Assembly (NCBI GenBank): GCA_002189035.1
Contig: NEEC01000013.1
Span: forward strand, 992,001 to 1,056,000
DNA: 64,000 bases
Source of the DNA: Utricularia gibba
Taxonomy: Eukaryota; Plantae; Magnoliophyta
Reading direction: 5' to 3'
The notes beneath the pieces were generated by a model. It searched no databases, was not told the DNA's origin, and saw only the letters and a program-made list of their open reading frames with translations. Shown piece by piece: positions 53,342 through 64,000 of the stretch. Position numbers and translations under genes: made by a program. Positions within the stretch are counted from its first letter, which is position 1, and each line of letters begins with the position of its first letter.

Positions 53342-56172
53342 CTATATCATTATGTGTCTGAGATTTTTCACTCGGTTAACGAAAATGAGCACACACCGGA
53401 CATAATTACAGGCATAGAAATGGTGGATCTGTCTATTCGGGGGCTTGGCGGTGGCGATACTGATGATATAGTCGATCTCCTCCGCCACCTCCTTCATCGA
53501 CGGCCGATTCTGACGCCGCTCCTCCAAGCATCCGACAGCCAAAAACCCCAACGCCTTCATCGTGTCCAACTCTATGGAGCTCGCTCCTTCCTTGAGTCTC
53601 GGGTCGACGGCGTCCATTATCCGCTCCTCCTCCACCAGCCGTTGAACGTATACCGCCAGATTCACGTCATCAGCCTCCCTGGTGAAATCGATCGCCTTCT
53701 GGGATGTCAGGAGCTCCAACAGAACAACTCCGAAGCTGTAGACATCGCTCTTGTCTGTCAGTTGGTAGTTCCTGTAGTACTCGGGGTCGAGGTATCCCAG
53801 GGTGCCCTGAGCGCAGGTCGAAATGTGGCTGAGATCTGTCTCCGCCAACCGAGATAAACCGAAATCGGATACTTTGGCGTTGAGCTTCTCGTCGAGGAGG
53901 ATGTTGCTGGATTTGACATCGCGGTGGTAGATAGGAGGAACGGCTGAAAAATGGAGATAAGCGAGTCCATCGGAAGTTGCTTGAGCGATTCTCAGCCTCC
54001 GATTCCATGGAATGAAGTCTTTTTTCGTCTTTCCTTGGAGATGATCGAGCAATGTTCCGTTGGGGATGTACTCATAGACGAGGACCGGTTGCTGGAGCTC
54101 AACGCAGCAGCCAAGAAGTCGGACAAGGCTGCGGTGGTTCACTTGGCAGAGGATCCGGACCTCGTTCAGCACTTGTTCGATGCTTTTAGCATTTCCGACT
54201 TTAGCGCATTTCACGGCGATCAATGTTCCGTCGGAGAGAACGCCGCTGTAGACCTCGCCATAGCCACCGGCGCCAAGCAGACGGTCCTTGGCGAAGGAAT
54301 TTGTGGCTTTCTTGATCTCCTTTCCGGTGAAAATCTTTGCGGTTCTTCCGCCGCCGGAGTTGAGAATTTCTTCCCTCTCGCGGGCGATTCGCTCTTTCTC
54401 CTCCTTGATGCGGCGGTAGTGCTTGTAGACGATGAACGATATGACAGCGATTATCAGGGCTGAACCCAGTCCTACGGTTAATCCTGCAAGATGGATCCCT
54501 ATTCAGAATAGGCACAGGCAATGGGGTCCGGCGGGTTTCTCCATGTACTTGGAGAAACCCATTTGGAAATTAACTGATGTTTTGCAAATAGTTTGTAAAA
54601 TACCTGATGTTTTACAAATTGTTTGTAAAATACATGTAGATACCAAATTTTAAATGCACAATGATTTTTTTTTATATAATTACACTATATGAAAATATAT
54701 GTAATTTTTATTTTAATATTACATAAAATATTAAAAATGAGTGATTTGAAATATAGAAAAGTATTACAAAATAAATTAATTTGTAAATAATTATTAATCT
54801 AAAAGTATTATTCATTTTCTAATAGATCAATACTCAATTATCATTAATTGATTTAAAATATTTTCAAATTTCATTAAAAATATTAATGTATAAAAATACT
54901 TTGATTTGCAAAATATATATATCTCAAAAATTATAATATTACAAATACACCTTTACAATAAAATAATATCTTCTTTCTTTACAATTTAATAAATTATAAA
55001 CTATTATATTATAATAATCATCAAAATAAACAATTTTTATCTATTATATATAAATATAAAAATTAATATTCATATACAAAATATCATTAAAAATAATAAT
55101 ACTAATTTATAAAAATAATTTATTTATCTTTTGTAAAACATCATGTATTTTACAAATATTTTGCAAAACATCATGTATTTTGCAAACTATTTGCTAAAAG
55201 TACATGTATTCACCTCATTTACTCGCACATAATTATTTATGTACCTGCTATCAGCTCCGTCCGGTGGGAGCGGCAAACATTAGGATCTGCGCACACTGCA
55301 ACCAACAAAGTACGTCGTTTAGAAATTCAATTTCTGCACGCAATTCCTGCTGCTAAAACTTCAAAATAAAAAAAATAAAAACTACTTTCGGTAGCCGGAA
55401 AACTCACCTCGAGTGCAGGTAACGGAAACAGGATCCCACAGGAAACCTGAGTTGCAGTAGCAACGATTGAGGAGGGAATTGGAGTTCGGATCCGGGCGAC
55501 AAACGGAGCGCGACGGACAATCCCTCTGCGCGGCGCAAATAGCCTCGGGAGGGAAAACCCACTGAAGCTCCACGGCTGGCGCCGGCCACTGGTTGACGGG
55601 AAGCGTAGAGTCCAGATTCACGAAGCTACGGTACGCCCGGCACCCTTCGGGCCTGATCCGGATCTGATACGACGTCGTAGAACCGCCGGCGCGGAAGGAG
55701 CAGCAGGGAGTGTTGCGGCAACCACCTGCAGAGTTGGTGGCGTTCACGTAGACGTGGCAGAGGCTGTTGGAGCTGCAATTTAGAGGCGAATTGAGGATCA
55801 AGTCGCTGCAATTGAGGTAAAAAATGGTGTTGCTGCTGGTAATATTGAAAGGGGCGGAGGAGTTGAGTTGGAGGCCGAATGAGGGGAAGTCGGCGGCGAC
55901 ACATGTATTGGGTTCCAATTGCGACGGCGCGATCCTGAGGCGCTCGTTCTCCGGCGAGACTGAGGTGATAGGGTAGGTGTCGTTGATGGAATCGAACATC
56001 AGATTCCCAGCGGAGCAGCGGACTCTGTAGGCCGGGTCCCCGCAACCGGGCCCGTGCTAAGCGGATAAGGTACGGCGGTGGATCCGCAGGGGGGACACGC
56101 CGGCAGGGAGAGTACGCACATAGCGCAATTTAGCAGCACGGCGGCTGCAAGAAGATGAATCGATTTCGCCAT
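53342..56172 (-). CDS. Wall-associated receptor kinase-like (WAKL15/20 clade); exons 56172-55408 (1-nt gap at 56046-56047), 55295-55245, 54483-53342; true stop may be 53433-53435
   Basis: Signal peptide, CPPCG..VPYPLSTGPGCGD GUB_WAK domain, Cys-rich region, TM segment, RD kinase (HRDVKSSNILL, DFG, GTLGYLDPEY). Confidence 0.92.
54542..55206. mobile_element. MITE/foldback-like insertion with 30-bp subrepeated TIRs inside WAKL intron 2
   Basis: Left: 2 x CTGATGTTTT(G/A)CAAAT(A/T)GTTTGTAAAATAC at 54574-54633. Right: inverted units at 55131-55190. Outer CATGTACTT / AAGTACATG. Confidence 0.65.
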
Positions 56173-57195
56173 AACCGTGTCGACGAGCAACCTAGCTGCG
56201 TACATTTATACCGGCGTTGCAAAAAGTCAACCTTTTCGCTCGTTAATGCTTTTCCTTTTTAATACATGTCAGAGACTGGTAGGGAAAACTACCGTTGACT
56301 TTCAACGGATGGGATATTTGACTTGTGTCACCAATTCATACCCATACTTGGAAAAGTAAATGGCACACGGTCGTGCCAAAGTGGAATCTTTAATGGCAAT
56401 TCTTCAAAATTTTTATTTGCAGAATGGAATTATTTAATAAATATTTTTTAAATAATTTATTTTATGTATACATTTGCCAAACATTTCTACTTTTTGTGTA
56501 TATTATACGACATCATATTTCATATAACAAAAATAATTAGTTTCTATTTATAGCACAATAAATATATATTTATTTCAAATGAATGGTTTTTAAATAACTC
56601 GATGTAAGTTATATATAAATGGTGTCACTATGTATATTTTACATGCTATACATATATTATAAAGATGAATGTTACACTTCATTTGACACCCGTGTTTTTT
56701 TTCCTTTTAACCTGTCCATGGGTGTTGATTGCTGATGCAATATGTTAGTGTTAATCTTCGTCGACATGTTGGATTCCTAAAGTTTCAGAGGATTGGTTTT
56801 CAAACTAATTTTCATTTCAATTAAGGAGGAGTTTTGAGCTTTGGATTATTCATCATGTGTGTTTTGGTTTGCAGGTTGTTGAAGATCACTCTTGAAAATC
56901 ACGAGAGAAATCTGAAGGGGGAAAGATGGAAGTGGTGACTTGGCTGGAAAATGAGGAGGCTTATGGAGAAAAATGAAAATTAATCTTATTTCTATTAGTT
57001 GGAATTTTCTGTGTATTTTGATAGTCATGTGATCATCACATGACTTGGACTATAAATATACAAAACTCTATTTGTGAAAGACAATGGTTAAATTTCCAAT
57101 TGTTTTCTTACGTCAAGAACCACTATGAGTCTGTGTCTCTATTTTGAATACTCCCACAAGGTCTAAAATTCACATAAAGAAATCTGTATTCAACA

Positions 57196-57207
57196 TGGTA
57201 TCCAAGC
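57196..57207 (+). promoter_or_regulatory. Primer binding site (tRNA-iMet type) of the copia element
   Basis: TGGTATCCAAGC directly after the LTR-terminal CA (consensus TGGTATCAGAGC). Confidence 0.8.
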
Positions 57208-59130
57208 AGTACAAGTTTCTTTGTATGGAAAAACAAGTCAAGATTGTACCTTTCTTGTGCTTTTGATGATATTGAGGTATGTTGAACCCTAATGCTACTA
57301 ACACCCCAAGTATTCCTGTGTTCATAGGAAAAAAACTATCTTAAGTGGATGAAAAAGATTACACTATACTTGAAATGTAAAAAGCATTGGTCAATAATTT
57401 GTAACAAACCAATTGTACCACAGTTATCTGAAACACCAATGGCAATTGAATTGAGGAAGTTGGAAGCATATGAAGAAATCATATATGCTACATGTTGCAT
57501 TGTCAAAAGAAGTATTTGATAAAATTAAAAATTATCACACACCCAAAAGTATTTGGGATAAGCTCAGAGAACTCTATGGGGGAGATGAAAAGATGCAAAA
57601 GTACACCAAACGAAGTCCTATGAAAGAGTTTGAAAGAAATGAACTGATTGAAGGAGAAACCCTCAAACAATATTATGGCATAACTTCTAGGCTAGTGAAT
57701 GAAATTCGAGCATTGGAAGAAGACCTTCCAGACTCAAAGCTTATTGAAAAAAGCACGATGAGTATACTAGGAAGGTTTGAAGCTAAGTTACACTCAATTG
57801 AATTGGAGGAGAAGCTGAGTAAAGTGACAGTTTATGAAGAAGAAATGAAGTTTTTAAAGTTTATCAAAGAATTACAACCATCTGAAAAATGGGTGCGAAT
57901 CAAAGAAAAGAGAGGAAATGCAATTGTGAAGAATGAAGCTTTATTGTTTACCATGAACAATAATACTTGAGCTCAAAATATAAAAGAAAAGAGTGCAGCT
58001 GAATTTGAACAAAAAAAAAAAAAAAACAGACGCTTATGAGCATTGTGGGAAAGGAAATCACACATTTGATAATTGTTGGAACAAAAATCAAATAGTCAAC
58101 ATACACCACTTCATACCTTTCCACAAATCAAAGTTTTGTGGGTATCATCCTGATGCAAAATATGACTTGCGCAAAAAAAAAAGAGGTAATGTTGACAAAG
58201 TATGTCCTAAGAAAATTCATAAGAATATTGGGTCTAGTAAATCAGAAAAAAAAAGTGAAGAACAAACTATCTCACTTTCTTATCTTGGAGATTTTGAAGT
58301 ATCCATTCCAGATGCTTGTGAAGCATATTATGCACTCATGGCACATATGTCCTCAAGCTCAAGAATTGGTATCTTGATAGTGGAGCAATATACCATGTTT
58401 GCACAAAATTAAAGTACTTCATTACCATGAGTAAAGTCATCGATGTATCATTTTGAGGGTCCATAGGTCATGCCACACATATACTTGGAAAAGTAACTAT
58501 CCATCTACTAACCACTCAAGAATTTATGATAATTGAGATTGTATGTTATGCCCCATATGTGGTTCAAAACCTTTTAAGTTTTGGACAACTAATGAAACAA
58601 AGATTCACACTTGAGTTATTTGAAAATGGAGTGAGAGTTAGTGACAAATATGGTGAGAAGACATTACAGGTGCAAAGACCATGCAACAACTTATTTAAAA
58701 ATATATCTTCCTCAACTGCAAGAGGTAGTATATTCTGTTTCAAAAAAAAATGTCAACTTTGGCACAAAAGGTTTGGTCACTATGGTATTAAAAACCTGAA
58801 GTTATTATAGAAGGGTGGCAATACATAAGAATTGGACAACATCAAATTCATGGAATAGTGTTGTGAAACATGCCATAAAGGAAAATCAGTGAAAAAATCC
58901 TTCAACTACACCAGCAATGAATCCAATGCAAATCTTGAATCAGTGCATATTAATCTTTGAGATCCCTTCAAAGAAAAGCCATAGGAGGTTATATCTGCTT
59001 ACATTTATTGATGATATTGCAAATTTTGTTGGATCTATTTCTTGAAATTGAAATATGAAACAGTTGAATTATTTTCAAATTTCAAGGTAATGATTGAAAG
59101 ACAATGTGGAAGCAAACTGAAAAAGATACA

Positions 59131-59735
59131 TGTTGTGGATTGAAATTGGCATTTTGGGTCAATCCGATTTATGGGTACGAGTCTAAATTATGTATGCATT
59201 TTAACGGTTAATTCATTTTTGGCTAACGCACAAAGCAATAAAAGAGATAAATGATTTTTACATGGAAATTGTTGAAACTGATAAACCACAAAGTTGAAAA
59301 GGCTCTTTGGAGAAATGGTTATACTAAAGAGAGCTGAAAAAAAGAGTAACAAGTATGCATAGAATGTAGAATGCCTACTCTTCAAAAGTTCCCTTATTTA
59401 TAGGGGAAGCTCGGCATACCGATTTCTGTGTATATTAGTTATTTTCTACGCTAGACGAGTATGTGAGCCATACTTGTGGTCTAGTTGACATATAACCATT
59501 GCTTGCTCTGAATTGCTGCAAGTTTGTTACTTTTTAGATTCTATTGAAATGACTGAGACCTGACATTGTCCAACTCTAGTTCCCAAAAGTACTTACTTAC
59601 ATTATTGGTTGTCAGACTTTGTTTCCTACTCCTAAACCGATTTTGTCTTGCAAGAACTGATTTGATACTCTCTCTTCGGTTAATTTATGTAGCTTTCCTT
59701 TTCCACATGACATCTACTTATTTTTGACCCCATCA
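59131..59735 (-). mobile_element. Solo LTR (605 bp) nested in the copia integrase
   Basis: TG...CA ends with near-TSD ATACA/ATACG. Removal restores KLKKI-RSNNEGEY. The reverse-strand TATA (TTATTTATAGGG, ~59394) suggests minus orientation. Confidence 0.85.
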
Positions 59736-60696
59736 ATACGATCTAATAATGAAGGTGAATACCATTACAAAACCATGAAATCTTGCTGTAGAAACCAAGG
59801 TATCATTCATAAACTCACTACACGTTTACATCAAAACAAAACAGTGTATGTAAAGGAAAAATTGAACTATAATTGAAATGACAAGGTGTTTATTGATTGA
59901 AAAAAATATGCCACTTCAATTTTGGGTTGAAGCCACCTCCGCGGTTGTTTATTTATTAAATTTGTTACCTTCTAGAATACTGAATGACAAAAATGCTTGC
60001 GAACTTTAGATAGGTAAGCTGTCAAAAATCAATCATCTCAGGGTCTTTTGATCATTGTGATTTGTTTATGTGCCTAAGGAAATAAGAACTAAGTTAAATG
60101 AAAGAGCTGAAGTTGGAGTTGTGGATGGATATAATACTGTAACCAAAGGATACTGAGTATACGTAGTGTAGTCAAATAAACTCATAATTAGTAAAAATGC
60201 GGTCTTTGATGAACATAACTCTAATTATTGGAATAACAAGACTCCTTCTGATGTAGGCTCTTAAAATCAAGCATCCTAGTCTAAACTTGCCGATATTATC
60301 CTAGAGAGTGAAGAAACTCAAAATCAATTGCGAGGTGATACTAAATAACATGTGAATGAAGACATATTGGAAATTTCATTCCTGAAAATCTTCTAAGTGC
60401 TTAACAAAATTCAGTGGATAATATGAAACCATCCTCCTTAGATCTTGAGTTTAATGATTTATCTTTTTCAATGTTCTTTCCTATTCATGATTCAATCACA
60501 GATCATGAGTCATCATATGCATCATTGGACTACAGTGACTCTACTGATGTTAATAGGAAAAATAGTGTAAAAAGAACAAGACCTATATCTGAAATAGTAT
60601 AGGAAGAAGACATAATTATTAATCAGATAGTGAACTTAACTGTGGATGTGTTGTCATGTTGTACTATTTCAGATCCCAAACATACTGGGAAGCTAC

Positions 60697-61850
60697 TGAT
60701 AACACATATTTTTAAGTGATTGATTGCATGAAAAAGATTCATATTGTGCTATAAAAATTTAGTTTTACTACCTAATTTTATATTTTTGCGCATAAGTACC
60801 GTAATTGTGTTATTTTAGTTTTAGTTGGGACTAAATCTACGATTTAGTCTCAACCTTCTAATAGTTTTACTCGAGCAATGCAGTGCAGGTCGCAACACGA
60901 ATCCCAAGGAGCTGAATATGCACAGTGTAGTGGCAGAAGATGAGTCCAAATGTCTGAAAAGTGGTACACACAAAATCCAAGGAGGAAAAAGGGAGATTTT
61001 GGACAAAAAGGGAGGAAAGATGAGAGAGAAGGTAGATCTCCCCTTGGAGACTCACGAACACATTTTCGGGGGAGGAGGAAGAAGGAAGACAAACAGGAAC
61101 GAAGCTAAAGTTCAAGATTATTTTCTGTCTTCGAAGAATATTACTCCTAGCTAAGAGTAGCTAGTGACGTTTTTCAGTTTTTGTTGACACTTCACATTAC
61201 TTGCTTGTTTGCTTTCTGGTATTTGACTGTGAAATGAGCACACTGTGGGTGATGTTTTCTTTTCCACTTTTGTTTACCTTAAGCATGAGTGGCTAAGTAC
61301 TTAGGGGGGTGCCTTGGGGTAAAAAGGGGAGAAACATGTTAATCAACCTTTAGATCTAAATAGCCTGAGTCACGCCACTTCCTTAACAAACCAGGATAGA
61401 TCCAGGAGGGGGAAGTAGTGAAACCTAACTTAACAACCCTAATTAGAGGTAGACCAAAGATTAGGGGAAAAAACAAGAATCCGGGTAGACCTAGATCTTG
61501 TGAGTTAGTTGTATGATTTGTGGTTTGTGTGAGTTTGTTTAATGATGAGCATACATTCCCTAGGAGTCCCAAGGCATCACCCATTCCATTCCAGAAACAA
61601 CCTAACTCTAGAACTTATTACTTTTCTTTACGGTATTTCGTTTTAGTTCTACCTTAGTCCTAGTTAAGACCAATTTTACCAACGTGACATTGATTCCTTG
61701 CATTGACCTTCACATAGCAAGCACCTAGCTCCTTGTGTTCGACCCTAGTCCACTATGCTCATAATTGTTTTATGCTTGAATGTGTATTAGGTTATAAATT
61801 TATTTGATAGGAAAGATTACATTTACGACGTATGAATTTTTCGTTTATCA
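60697..61850. mobile_element. Solo LTR (1154 bp), probably Ty3/gypsy Athila/Tat type, nested just before the copia RT
   Basis: TGATAA...TTATCA inverted ends with perfect 5-bp TSD GCTAC (60692-60696, 61851-61855). Removal restores TYWEATQDEE..SMNCEMGSIERNDTW. Confidence 0.92.
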
Positions 61851-62143
61851 GCTACTCAAGATGAAGAATAAGTAGCATCTATGAATTGTGAAATGGGTTC
61901 TATTGAAAGGAATGATACTTGGGAGTTAGTTGAAAAACCTCTTAACTTGGCTTCGAAGCCCATTGGCCTCTAGTGGATTTATAGATCAAATATGAATGCT
62001 GACAACTCGTTGAAAAAAAAAAAATCAAAGCTAGTTAAAAAAGGTACTCATAAATTCAAGGTATAAATTATAGGGAAGTCTTTGCCCTTGTTTCGAAATT
62101 CGAAATTGTGAAGTTGCTCATAGCACTTGCAGCTCAACAAGGA

Positions 62144-64000
62144 TGATGTTAGAAACCTCTCTTTGCAAGGTTGCTTGCATTCTAGTATGAGGACGTTTGC
62201 TCAGAAATTCAGCAGGATCTAACTTCTTGAGCACATGTTTCTTCTTATTAACTATCTTGGAGACAAGAAAAAGGATTGAACAATTCTCAAAAATTGAATG
62301 AGACAACCAAGACAAAAAATCTTCTTACAAAAAGTGGCAATGACTTATGTAAATATTTAAGACCAGGACACTGTTCAAAATTAAAATTTCCCTATTACCA
62401 TCATGAAAGTGAGCGTCTGAAATTACCTATGACATTAGCATCAATTCCTCTTCTTCTTCCTAGTTAGGTAAAGTTAAAATCACTGGATTGAGACCCCCAT
62501 AATATTTCTATAGTTAACTAGTATGAAACACTAAGTGAATTTTCATTCCAACAAGTAACTCTAGTTTGCAGGCCAGAAGTTCTATTTTCTATAACAATGT
62601 ATGGAAGTCAACTAAGCACCCACATAAATCTTTCTTTCATATCTTATTGGAACCTTAAATAAGACCAATTACCCTTCCTCAAATTCTAAGTGACAATGCT
62701 TTTGATCATAATAGCCCTTCATTAATTATTGATTGAAATTCAATCTATCCTTATAAAGTTGTAGAATATCATCTCAACCTCAAAATTGTAAATCCACTGT
62801 GGAGACCTTGGAATTTTCCTTCTCATAAAGGATGGTCGTTGGTATAGGCTATTCACAAACAATCTCAAACAGAGTCATGTCAATGTGGCTATGCAGGTTG
62901 GTGTTGTACGAATATTTTGCCTAGAATAACCAATGTGTCCATTGACTAGGTTTATCACTTGTGAAACTCTTGAGATACATTTCCATTTGTCGACAACATC
63001 GGTTTGACTATCCGATTGTGGATGATATGCTGTTGAATAATACACCTAACATTCATAGCAATTCTTTCCAAAATATACTTTTAAATATCTTATCCCTATC
63101 ACTCACAATAGACTTTGACAATCCATGAAGTTTAAAAATTTCTTCAAATACTATTTTAGCAACCGAAGCATCAATAAAAGGATGCGATAGAGCAAGAAAT
63201 TGAGCATACTTAGAGAATATTTCCACCACAATCATTATCACCTGTTTTTGTCTTGATATCAGTAACCCTTCTAAAAAATCTATTGAGATATTTATCATAT
63301 CCGATTCAGTATAGGCATGGGTTGTAAAAGACTAGCATGTTTCCTCTGGTTTCATTTATTCTATTGAACATCACATATCTTAACGAACTCCTATATTTGT
63401 GCCTTCATACCATGCCAATAAAATTCATCAGATACACGATGGAGGGTCTTTGCATATGCTTCACGGTGAGCAGCATGGCTCATAACAATAATCTATTTCG
63501 GCAATGCCAAGTCAACTGATACATAAAACCTATCTTTATAGTAAATGATACCTTGAAAAAACTTCTACTTATCACCTATTGTCCTCCGACAAATTCCACT
63601 TCTCCTTTCCTATGTGGCAAATGAAATCTCCTAGACTCATTTACTTTGATTTTGTAGGTCGACGTGAAGTATCGAGATTTTGACAAGCTTTACTTCCTCC
63701 TGATCCCTTCTGAAGCATGACGTTCTATGATGAATTCTTGTAAAAAATCTGAAGCAACTAAAATGGGAGCTTGAGTCAATTCTAGTTTAAGAGCTTCAAA
63801 CTCATAATAAACTTGTAAGAGCTACAGTTTTGGCACTAAAATTCTAAATGAATCTATGGTAATAACTTGTGAGACTCAAGAATCCTCACACACCCTTCAT
63901 CTCATGGGTTTAGACTACTCAATAATAGCACATATTTTATTTGGGTCCTCCTTGATTCTCTCTTTCTACCCAACACGTGCCTCAGGTATATCACTTCGGA
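62144..64000 (-). mobile_element. Degenerate Ty3/gypsy (chromovirus-type) retrotransposon, 3' part: 300-bp 3' LTR 62144-62443, PPT 62445-62460, integrase remnants; continues past the window
   Basis: LTR bounded by TGATG...CATCA; purine tract GGAAGAAGAAGAGGAA; ISIDFLEGL..VVEIFSKYAQFLALSHPF..IFKLHGLSKSIVSDRDKIF; KTLHRV..EFYWHGMK. Confidence 0.88.

Larger units (their letters stand above)
56723..62143 (+). mobile_element. Degenerate Ty1/copia LTR retrotransposon, interrupted by three nested insertions; 3' part not visible
   Basis: 5' LTR approximately TGTTGA(56723)...TCAACA(57195) with CTATAAATA; PBS; UBN2 gag (IWDKLRELYGG); zinc knuckle; protease WYLDSGA (~58365); LWHKRFGH; integrase; RT start NDTWELV..LAAQQG. 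Many stops and frameshifts. LTR start uncertain. Confidence 0.9.

Noticed and set aside
53354-54463. Long plus-strand ORFs 53354-53857 and 53951-54463
   Set aside because: Antisense shadows of the GC-rich WAKL kinase exon, with no independent motifs.
54574-55190. 30-bp repeats as a CRISPR-like array
   Set aside because: Units are contiguous with no spacers, lie in inverted arms in a plant intron, and there are no cas genes.
57196-57207. tRNA gene
   Set aside because: Only the retrotransposon primer binding site. No cloverleaf or A/B boxes. No tRNA or rRNA genes were seen in the window.

Overview
Nuclear DNA from a flowering plant (eudicot; species not identifiable from the sequence), gene-dense with short introns. 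From 0.2 to 56.2 kb I can reconstruct 14 protein-coding genes exon by exon: TIP1 aquaporin, SOSEKI (SOK3-like), group III-A XTH, CDC48, an EDR2-like PH-START-DUF1336 gene, an ARF10/16-type factor with its miR160 site, CASPL5A, an APAP1-like arabinogalactan membrane protein, NF-YC10/DPB3-like, a small conserved 83-aa protein, a StART-like phosphatidylinositol transfer protein (PITP), ICR3/RIP-like, a clade A PP2C and an RBMX2/Snu17-like CCCH protein. A WAKL15/20-like kinase makes 15. There is also a uL15m pseudogene, a ~3.6 kb long-inverted-repeat (foldback/MULE-like) element with captured cargo, and two MITE-like elements. From 56.7 kb to the end is a decayed Ty1/copia element with two TSD-flanked solo LTRs and a Ty3/gypsy element nested in it. 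Six genes each read through only if one base is added to a short homopolymer run, which points to sequencing error rather than pseudogenes. I found no convincing new multi-gene system. The best leads are the StART-like PITP with an 8-nt micro-exon, the foldback element, the PB1-less ARF with an orphan antisense spliced unit next to it, a decayed PH domain in the EDR2-like gene, and a candidate uORF upstream of SOK3. Family and ortholog assignments come from motif recall; no database search was run.
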